Translations under genes and position numbers: made by a program | In this document: in pieces, positions 46,666-56,100 of the stretch | Layout of the letters: every line of letters starts with the position of its first letter | Numbering within the stretch: the stretch's first letter is position 1 | Notes under the pieces: model-generated | Seen by the model: the letters and a program-made list of their open reading frames with translations, nothing else | Told to the model about the DNA's origin: nothing | The model's database searches: none | Assembly (NCBI GenBank): GCA_964501365.1 | Contig: CAZCST010000009.1 | Coordinates: forward strand, 45,977 to 109,976 | DNA length: 64,000 nt | From: an uncultured Phycisphaera sp. | GTDB taxonomy: Bacteria; Planctomycetota; Phycisphaerae; UBA1845 | Direction: 5' to 3'

Positions 46666-48247
46666 AGCACGATCAGGAAAAATCGTATCCATCGACTGGG
46701 ATGCCCGCAGCGTCCGGATCGTTCACGCCTCGATTGGCAAGCGCGGCGCGAAAATCGACCGATTGCTTTCGGCGGAGATTCCGGCAGATGTTCACCCCAG
46801 CGATCCCGCACTGATGGGTGCGCACATTCGCCGCGTGCTGGATCAGGAGCGCATCAAGACGCGTGTGGCAGCCGTGGATATTCCGCGCGATCAGGCGATC
46901 CTGAAGGCCCTCACGCTGCCGTCGGCGAGGGTGGACGACCTTCCCGGCATGGTCGGAATTCAAATTGCGCGCGAACTTCCGTTCCCCATTTCGGAGGCGG
47001 TCATCGATTTCGTATCGACGGGCCCGGCCGCCGAGGATTCCGCGGGGGTGCTGGTGGCCGCTGCGCGAAGCGAAGTATTGGCGCATTACCAGTCCGTGTT
47101 CGAACATGCCGGACTGAAGCTCGAGCGCGTAGGACTCCGCCCGTACGCCAACCAGGTGGCCGTTGCCGAGCTGCTCAAGCACGCCGTGCCCGAGCACGTC
47201 TTGTTTATCGACGTAGGGCCGGTATTGACCGAGATCGACGTACTGCGACAGGGCGTGCTTGCCTTCTCGCGAGCGGCGTCCGTGGTGATTCCAAAATCCT
47301 CACCGACTCAGAAGCAATCGGGCGGGCTCAGACTGACGCTTCCCTCTGACGACTCGCTCAATATGAACGAAGGCGGCATGATCGGGACCGGCACCGGGTC
47401 TGACTCCATCATCCAGACTCTGGTCGTCGAAGTGATGCGTTCGATCGAAGCCTATCGAAGCACCGACGCCGGCGCCGGCATCGATCATGTGGTCATCGGC
47501 GGCGACCTGGGCGTGGAAGAGGCGCTGGCCGAGGCGCTGCAAAAGAAACTCAATGTCACCACGCAGCTATACAATCCCGCCACGGCGTTTGGTTGGGAAC
47601 CGGACGAAGGAGCGGCCGCGGCCGCCTTTGCGTCGGCACTGGGACTGGTCCTGAGTCATGCCTCCGGAAGCTCGCTGCATTTCGACTTTCTCCACCCCAA
47701 GCGGACCGAATCGCAGACTCGCCGCCGTCTGAAAATGGCGCCGGCCGCAGCGGCCATTCTGGTTCTGTTCGTCAGCGCTGCCGGAATCGTCATCGCCCAG
47801 TCGACCAAATCCGACCGCGAGGATCTCGCCCGAATCCAACAGAGCATTCGCGAACTCGAAGAGAAAAAAGATGATTACAAGAAGTTCCAGGATGTCATGG
47901 AGCAGATCCGGCAGTTCGACAGCCGGCAACTCGTATGGGTCGATGTCCTGCACGACGTGATGAAGTCCATGCCGTCCAACGAAGAATGGCTGATCACCAG
48001 CATCGACATGAATCAAAAAGAGCGACGAATCGTATTCAAGACAAAGTCGAAGAATCGGGACATGCCCAACAGCGTGGTCAAGGCGCTCGAGGCATTCCGT
48101 CGGGAAGGAAAGGAAAAACCGCGATTCGACGCCCAGGCAGGCGCGCAATCAGAAAAACGCGGGGAAAAATATCCGTTTCAGCAGGACCTGCGGATCACGG
48201 TGCTGGAGGATGAAACGCCGGCGAAGAAGAGCACAAAAGGAACATGA
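46655..48247 (+). CDS. PilM-like actin-fold domain fused to TM + PilN-like domain (GspL equivalent)
   Basis: VSIDWDARSVRIV, ARELPFPISEAVIDF, IDHVVIGGD; then FDFLHPKR, TM, WVDVLHDVMKSMP..WLITSI; GTG 46655 overlaps gspK end. Confidence 0.8.
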   Translation: MATKARSGKIVSIDWDARSVRIVHASIGKRGAKIDRLLSAEIPADVHPSDPALMGAHIRRVLDQERIKTRVAAVDIPRDQAILKALTLPSARVDDLPGMVGIQIARELPFPISEAVIDFVSTGPAAEDSAGVLVAAARSEVLAHYQSVFEHAGLKLERVGLRPYANQVAVAELLKHAVPEHVLFIDVGPVLTEIDVLRQGVLAFSRAASVVIPKSSPTQKQSGGLRLTLPSDDSLNMNEGGMIGTGTGSDSIIQTLVVEVMRSIEAYRSTDAGAGIDHVVIGGDLGVEEALAEALQKKLNVTTQLYNPATAFGWEPDEGAAAAAFASALGLVLSHASGSSLHFDFLHPKRTESQTRRRLKMAPAAAAILVLFVSAAGIVIAQSTKSDREDLARIQQSIRELEEKKDDYKKFQDVMEQIRQFDSRQLVWVDVLHDVMKSMPSNEEWLITSIDMNQKERRIVFKTKSKNRDMPNSVVKALEAFRREGKEKPRFDAQAGAQSEKRGEKYPFQQDLRITVLEDETPAKKSTKGT

Positions 48248-48262
48248 GTTTCAGGGAGTCTT

Positions 48263-48373
48263 TGTCATGCAGCGCGAAGCGAAGCATGGTTACGCCGGAC
48301 GCTTCGCGGCTCGCAGAGTGACAGGCCGGAGCTCCGGATAACAACCATGACCCTCTCCCCTGATGGGAGAGGG
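48263..48373. repeat. TGTC-type palindrome plus CTCTCCC/GGGAGAG hairpin in intergenic spacer
   Basis: tgtcatgcagcgcgaagc...gcttcgcggctcgcagagtgaca (48263-48323); ccctctccc-ctgat-gggagaggg (48351-48373). Confidence 0.7.
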
Positions 48374-48381
48374 AGTTGATT

Positions 48382-50046
48382 ATGAATCGACGAACAAAAA
48401 TTCTGGCAATTGGATTCGGAGCGGTGGTCGCCTATGTGGCCATCTCGCAGCTGGTCTATCCGAATTGGATCAAACCTCTCTTTACGCTCGATCAGCAAAT
48501 CGCGGAAAAAAATGGCGAGCTCGAGAAGCTCGAAAAACTGCAAAAGGCCTTCGACGACGCCCGTGTCGAATATCGTGACTACGTCGCCCGCATTGGCTCG
48601 TTTGATCCGGGGCAGGTCGAAACGGCCATCCGCGATCGCCTCAACGCCCTGATCGAAAAATACAAACTCGAAAACGCAGGCGTCGCCCCCTCGCGGCCCG
48701 TCGAAGACCGCAAGACCGGCCTGATCACCTCAACCATTACGATCACCGGAACCGGTCCGCTCGAATCGGCCATCGGATTCATGAAAGAGATCGCGGAGCT
48801 TCCGCAGCTGGTCCGGCTGGGAAACCCGGCGATCTCGCCATCCGGGTCGGGAAAGAAGGCCGAGGAACAGGACCTCGTGAATGTGCGACTTCCCATCGAA
48901 GTGCTTGTGTTGCCCAGGAACAAAACTGTCGGCGCAATCGATCCCGCAACTCTGCCAAAGAGCGAGGCTTTTGTCCGGCATGACTCCACGCGGGACTATG
49001 CCGACATCTGGAATCGCAAGCCTTTCATTCCGTATGTTGTATATCCACCACTGAAGGTGGATGTCCAAAAAATAGTGAATGTCGAGGTCGGCAAGCCAGC
49101 TACGATTCAGGCCACGGCCTCCGGCGGCAATGGTGAGTACAAGTTTTCCTGGGCGCCTTCGGACGGACTGACGGAGCCCAATCAGGCGAAAACAGTGGTT
49201 GATTCCTCTGCTCCGCGCACGCAAACCTACACCGTGACCGTGACGGATACCATCAAGGATCACCAGCCGGTTACAGCAACAGTGGCGGTGACGATCCGCG
49301 AGCCTCAACCCGTGGCGAAGGTCGAGCCCGCTCCACCCCCTCCTCCTCCGCCGCCACCACAGCCTGTGCAAGCTGCGACCTGGCCTGACGCGAAGTTCAT
49401 GCAAATCGTCATGACCCTGATGCGCAGCTCCGGCACCAACCGCACCAATGAACTGATGGTCTATAACACGCGAACCAAGGATACGACCTATCACAAAGTA
49501 ACCGAGGAATTTGACGGCGGACGGCTCCTTTTTGTGCATCAAACCGGTGCTGTGGTGGGTAGAAACAAGAAATACTACGTGTACCCGTTGGGCACTACGT
49601 TGGGCGACTGTATGGAATACCAAACCGCGGCGGACTATCCGGAACTGAAGGCCGCCGCGGAACGGGCGATTGCGATGGAAACCGCGCAGGCCGAGGCGAA
49701 AAAGAAAGTCCCGCCGGTCGCCGCCCCGCCGCCTGCAAAGCAACCTGTCGTTCCGCAGCCCGTGGAAGATTCGCACGGCGGAGAAAACACGGCTCCCGCA
49801 GGAGCCAGTGGCCCGGTGGAAAATGTTGCAGATGGGTCAGGTCCGGTTGTACCTGCTGTGAATGCGGATTCAGGAGTTACCGAGCTGATGGGACCGCCCA
49901 GTCCGTCGCCGCAACCTGCACCGCCCACGACACAACAAGACATGCAGTCGCAACCGGCGCCGAAACCACAGGAACCCACGGGGACACCGCCAACACCAGG
50001 CTCGCGCCCCCGCCAGCCCAAGGGCAAGAAACCGGGTCGAGTGTAG
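48382..50046 (+). CDS. GspM/PilO-like + Ig-like + GspC/PilP-like fusion with Pro-rich tail
   Basis: N-terminal TM and coiled coil; TITITGTGPLESAIGFMKEI (PilO-like); IWNRKPF; ASGGNGEYKFSW..TYTVTVTD (Ig/PKD-like); beta-rich C-domain. Confidence 0.6.
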   Translation: MNRRTKILAIGFGAVVAYVAISQLVYPNWIKPLFTLDQQIAEKNGELEKLEKLQKAFDDARVEYRDYVARIGSFDPGQVETAIRDRLNALIEKYKLENAGVAPSRPVEDRKTGLITSTITITGTGPLESAIGFMKEIAELPQLVRLGNPAISPSGSGKKAEEQDLVNVRLPIEVLVLPRNKTVGAIDPATLPKSEAFVRHDSTRDYADIWNRKPFIPYVVYPPLKVDVQKIVNVEVGKPATIQATASGGNGEYKFSWAPSDGLTEPNQAKTVVDSSAPRTQTYTVTVTDTIKDHQPVTATVAVTIREPQPVAKVEPAPPPPPPPPPQPVQAATWPDAKFMQIVMTLMRSSGTNRTNELMVYNTRTKDTTYHKVTEEFDGGRLLFVHQTGAVVGRNKKYYVYPLGTTLGDCMEYQTAADYPELKAAAERAIAMETAQAEAKKKVPPVAAPPPAKQPVVPQPVEDSHGGENTAPAGASGPVENVADGSGPVVPAVNADSGVTELMGPPSPSPQPAPPTTQQDMQSQPAPKPQEPTGTPPTPGSRPRQPKGKKPGRV

Positions 50047-50147
50047 TCGGCGCAGTACCGGGCATTGTGGCAAAACGAACCCCCTGCGGCGAAGTTGGCG
50101 CCGCGCAGAAGTGTGACATATTTCGCTTGAACCAGCGGAGAACTGAT

Positions 50148-53100
50148 ATGACCGTGGCATCCATCGTACGCAATCGAACTTGTTGGGCACTGTTGGCGCT
50201 GACCTGTGTTCTGGGGATTGCCTCCCCCACCCTGGCCCAGACTCAAACGCAGCCTCCCCCCCGGCGCACTCCGCCCAAGACGCAGCCCAAGCCCAAGCCG
50301 GCGCCCGCCGGTCAGCCGGCCAATCCGCAGCCGGCGCAACCTGAGCAACCCAGGACACAGACTGGCGAGCCCGTCGCCGAGCCACCACCCCAGCAGCCCG
50401 CCGGCGATTCGGGCCAGCCCAGCGATGCGGTGATTCGCGACGAAAACGGCCGCGTGCGCATTGACCCCGAAGTGCAACGCAAAATTGACGAAATGCTGAA
50501 GCAGGATGAGTCGGCGCACAAGGCCGCAGAGGGTCAGCCTAACGCCCCCACGCCCAATCCCGCTGCGCCAGGCATGCCCCAGCCAAATCCAAACCCAAAT
50601 CCCGCGGCGCCCGCCGGGACTGTGCCAAATCCGATTCCCGGGGGGGCACAAGCTCCACCCGTAACGCCTCCGGGCAGCCCGACACCTGAGGCCGCAAAGA
50701 CTCCGGCCCAGCGCGCTGCCGAACGACGCGCACGAGCCAGAGGGGGCGCAGACGGAGCTGCGGGCAATCCTCCGGGCGGACAGCCCAACGCCGGGCAACC
50801 CTCTGTTGGTCAGCCGGCCGGGAACCAACCGGCTCCGTACATTCCGCAACCCATTGAGGCCGCGGCGCCAGTCGAACCACCCGGCGAATCAACCGTGCTT
50901 CAGATCGAACCCGAGCCCGAGGTCGATCCCACCCCCCTCGAAGAACGGCGTTTCAAGTTCCGCATCAAGAACGGGACGTATGAGCAGCTCATCAAGGGAT
51001 TTGCCCACCAGACCGGCCTTGGGGTCCTCGGCGAGACGCCCAAGGAGGGCACAGTCACCTTTGAGCCGAACGAGGATCTCAGCTTCCGTGAGGCGCTTAG
51101 CCGCGTTCGCATGTTGCTGTTCAATTACAAGCCGCACGAGCCGTACTGGATGTTTTACGAAGGAACGCACTTACAAGTCATCCGCGTCACGGACTTTTAT
51201 CGAATTCTGCCCACGGATCGAATGTTCCGGTCGCTGGAGGAATTGGATCAGGCAAATCTTTCGGATGACGAAATTGTCCTGGTGATTTACACCCCCAAGA
51301 GCGGCTCGATCTCGGAACTCCGGCAGGTCCGCGACTTCCTGCCCGATTACGTCCGCGTGACCCCGCTCGAAGACGGCAATAGCGTTTCCATCTTCGCGCT
51401 GGTCTCAGACATCAAGAAGTACAGGTTGCTGACGAAAATCTTCGATCCCAAGGGCGCCAACGACCCTCGCGTCACAGAGCGCTTCGACGTTCACAACATC
51501 ACGGCCACGCAGGCCGTCGATCGCCTCCGCCAGCTTGCCGATCTGGACAATGCCCGCGCCGGGACAGCACCAGCTGCACGAGGCCCTCGCGGAGCCACCC
51601 CGCGTGAACCGAGTGCGATTGACCAGATGGCCGATCCGCTGGTCGTCATGATTCCTGACGACTCCCAGAACTACATTCTTGTACGGGGCATGCCCAACAA
51701 GATTGAAGAGATCCGCAAGCTGCTGCCGTTCGTGGACATCAGCCTCGCCCAGGAACCCTACACTCCCGTGGTCATCAAGGTGCATAACGCGGACGCAGGC
51801 GACCTGGTCAGCGCGATTCAGCAAGTGCTGTCGGCTTCCGCCGGGCCGCTGCCTGGCGGTGTTGCTGCACCGGCACCCGCCCCTTCGCCGCGTCGCAACA
51901 AGAAACCTGCTGCCGGCGGCCCCAGTCCTGCGGTTCCGGTCTCAGCTGACTCGATCACCCTTTTCCCTCATCCTACGCAAAACGCGTTGCTGGTGATGGC
52001 GGACGAGGCGGGCGTCAGGAAGGTTCAGGAACTGGTCAACCTTTTTGACGTCAAAGCCAACATTGGTCCGCTTCGCATTCAACTGGAAGTCGCCGATGCG
52101 TCAGAGGTTGTATCAACGGTAACGCAGGTGCTTGGCGGAGGAGGAGGCGCCGCCCCCGGAGTGAAGGGCGCAGCCGCAGCAGCTCCGGAGAGTTTTCAAC
52201 TCGTCCCCGATCCGTCCGGGAGCTCCATCTGGTACAGCGGAAACGAGAGCGATCTGGAAAGGGTGCAATCACTGGTGAAGGCACTGGATGTGGCCGGCAA
52301 TTCGCCAACGCTGCACATCGTGAAGCTGGTTTACCAGCAGCCTTCTTTCGTGGCCGACATTCTGCGGCAGTTTGACGGGGTCGCACCACAGGCGGCAGAA
52401 CCTGCCCCGGCCGGACAAAAGCCAAAGACTCGACGGGCAACGTCCAAGGGGCATTCCGCATCTAAGTTCACGCCTGACGACCAGCAAAAGAAACTTTACA
52501 TTCTTTGCAACACGGATGACTTTAACCGTTATCAGGACATCATCGCCAAGCTTGATCAGCCCGAAATCGAAAAAGACACCTTCATTCGCATTCCGGTGAA
52601 GCACATTGATTCGGCCACGGCCGTGGGCAAGCTGGGTGACATCATGCCCAACACGCCGGTGAATCAGGACGTACGCACCATCGCCGTGGACGGCTTCATT
52701 CTCCTGGTTGGTGCATCGCCCTCCGACGTGGCCGTCATCAAGGAGGTGCTCGCGGAGATCGATAAGCCCTCCACTATTGAGACGCGAACGTTTGTCATCA
52801 AGCATGCCGACCCGGCGGACATCAAGACGGCCATCGAAACGCTTGTGGGCACAGGCTCGTCGGAAGGCCGCAGCAGCGGCGGATCACGGCGACGCCCGCG
52901 TTCCATCGCCTCGCCTGCTCAGGCGGGCGAAGGCGGTCCCAAGCAGGGTGCCGCCTCCGCGCCCAGCACCGATGCAACGGTTTCGGATGACATGACCATT
53001 TTCCAGATTGGAAATCAACTGATCGTGAAGGCAACGCCGGCCGTCCTTGACCAAGTTGCCGCAGTCGTTCAGCAGTTTGACGTTGAAGGCTCGGGTACGG

Positions 53101-56100
53101 ACATGCGGGTCTATTCCGACTTCCCGCCCAATTCCGACATCATCGGGATTTCCGAAACGCTGACTTCTGTCTTCGTCGGTGGAGCGAAGGCGCCGCGCGG
53201 CGCCAGGGGCGCAGCCGCGGTAGGCGGGGGCGGCGCCGAAGGACCGCGATTCATCCCGCAGCCCGCCACGAACCGGCTCGTCATCATGGCCGAGCCATCG
53301 CAATACGGCGAGATCGAAAGATTGCTGAATATTCTTCGCGTTGAGGCGGGCAAAACCGAGCCTTCCATCGTCGAATTCATTCCCGTCGAATACGCCGATC
53401 CCACGGCCTTGGCGGAAGAGATTCGCCCGCTACTGGATATGAAAATTCGCGGACTCGTGGATTCCGGCGAAATTGCTGAGCCTGCGGCAGAAAGCACAAC
53501 TCCGACCGCTGTGCCGCGTCCCAATCGGGCCAAGAAGCTGCAACAAGGCGGCTCAGGGAGCGAGAAATATCACATTGGCGCTGACGCGCACAATGAACGA
53601 ATCGTCATCGCCGCCCCGCAGCGCATCGTGGACGAGGCCAAGCAGCTCATCAAGCAATTCGACGTGCCCGCGAAGGGGGCGAAGATCGTCTTCAAGCAAG
53701 TGACCCTCGATAACGCGTCCCCGGCGGACATGGTCAAGTCCATCAAGGAAATGATCGGCAACCGTTCAGCAACCGCCGCCCCCAGACGCGCAGCCGGCGG
53801 TAAGCCCGGCGCGCCGGGGGCAGCTCCCGCTGCGTCACCGCTGGAGGGTCTTGGCGGCGAAGGACTGGTTGTAACCGAGGCTCCCGGCGGAGGAGCCGTG
53901 CTGCTCAAGGGTACGCAGGCCGAAGTCGATCAGGCCGAGGACTGGATCCACCAGCTTGATTCCATGTCGTCGCGCGGACTCAAGATCAAGCTATACAAGA
54001 TCACCGGTACGGACACGGAAAAACTCTTCGATCTGATCGTGAGCGTGGTGGACGTTGGCGGTGGCGGACACGCTCCCGCGGCCGGTGCGACACCACGTCG
54101 CGGCGCACCGACGAACGGCAGCAAATCCAGTTCATCAGTTGACGACGAGGAATTCTCCACCAGTCGCACCCATTCGGGCCAGGACCTGTATCTCCATGCT
54201 GATCTGATCAGCGACACTCTTCTGGTGGCGAGCAAGCCATCCAAACTGCAGCAGATCGACGATCTTGTGATGCAGTTTACGACAGACAAGACCATCGCGG
54301 GCGCCATCAAGGACACGGATGTACCCAGTTTCCGTTATACGCTGGAATTTGCCGACGCCACCGATGCAAAATGGGATTTGGAGGACTTGATCGATGCAGT
54401 TTGGGAAGGAAAGGAAAAGCCCAAGATCGAGAAGTTCAAGGACATGCTTATTGTCAAATACCCTGACGAAAGCCGGTTCGATGAAATTCGCAAGATGATC
54501 AAGGATCTCGACAAGCCCAGCGAAAAGGAATCCAAACTGGTCAAGGTTTCCAAGGTGCCTCCGGCGGGATTGAGTCCTCGCGATACAGCCATTTGGATCA
54601 AGCAAAACCACCCGGATTGGGACATTGAGATTGAAGATGCCGGAATCGACCAGGAGCAACCAACTTATGGCGTGGAACAACTCAAGCCGATTGATGGCCC
54701 AAAAACGGAATCCCTGAATAAGGCCAAGCCGGCCGCCAGAGGTCGTGTCGATGCCATCACTCCTGGCAGGTTGCCGCTGCCGTTTCAGCGAACCGTCGAT
54801 GCGATCCTGTTCAGCGTTCTAGCGCAAACGCCCCCCGACGAGGAACAACCCGAACCAGGTCAGGAGGAAGTCCAACCCCAGGAGGAACCGGAAATCCAGC
54901 AACCTGTCGCTCAACCTGTTCCTAGAGATTTTGGTGACCGATTGATTCGCCAGGCCGTGACGCCAATATTGCCCCAGTCTCAGGCGCAAAATCCAAAGGA
55001 TTCGGGATCCAAGACAACATCCAAGGACGCAAAAAAGTCATCCAACAAAGGCAAAAAAGCTCGCATTATCTACAACAACAACGATGGTGTGTATTGGATC
55101 GAGAGCGATAAGGACAGCGTCGATGATATTGAGAATTCGCTCGATGATCTGGACAAGGAACTCAAGGACATTGTCGTCGCTCCGGACATCCGCATCTATC
55201 GCGTGCGATACATCGACGTTTATTCTGCGCAGGAGATCATCGAAGAGATGTTCAACGCCACGAAGGCGATGCAACAACAAGTCCAGCAGCAACAGGCACA
55301 ACAGAACGCAATGATGCGTGCCCAGCAGCAACAGCAACTCCAACAGCAGAGATTGCAGCAACAGCAAGGCCAACAGGGACGTGGACAAGAGGGTAAGGAC
55401 GCCGGAAAAAATGGACAGCAGACTCCGCAGCAACTGGCGGCTGCGCAACAGATGGCCCAGCAAATGCAGGTTCCTCAGTTGCCAACCCCTGCTGTCCGCG
55501 TCTATCCCAACCCCAGAGACCGTTCGCTAATCCTGCGCGCGGAGTCCAGCCAATATCCGCACATACTCGAATTGCTGGCCACCATCGACCAGCCCAAGCC
55601 CATCGACAGCAAGACGCGCACCTATCCGCTCAAGCGGGTCAGCGCCACCGAAATGGAGCAGATGCTGCGCGAAACCCTGCGGCTGGATGAGGCGGGCAGT
55701 AAGTCGCGCGCCAACTCCGGCCAGCGAAACCCCAACGTTCCCGGTGGCGGTGCGCAATCCGCGACCGGCCCCGGCGGACAGCTCCCCGAGACCATCCTTC
55801 AGGAAAGTGCGACGAAGAGCCTGCTGGGCGTGGACCCGCAGGACATCACGATCTTTTCCAGCGAGACCGCCAATACCATCATGGCCGTCGCCCCCCCCGC
55901 CGCGCTCGACTACATCGGCAAGCTCATCGAGCAGTTCGAAAGCGGCGACATCCCTGAGCGGCTCACCCGCTTCTATGCGGTTCAACATGCCTCCGTGACC
56001 GACGTTGCCCAGCAATTGGAAGACTATTTCGCGGCCAAGCATCCGCGAACCAGCGGTGGCGGCGGCGGACGCTCGTCCCGCAAGGGCAGCCCTGAAGGCG

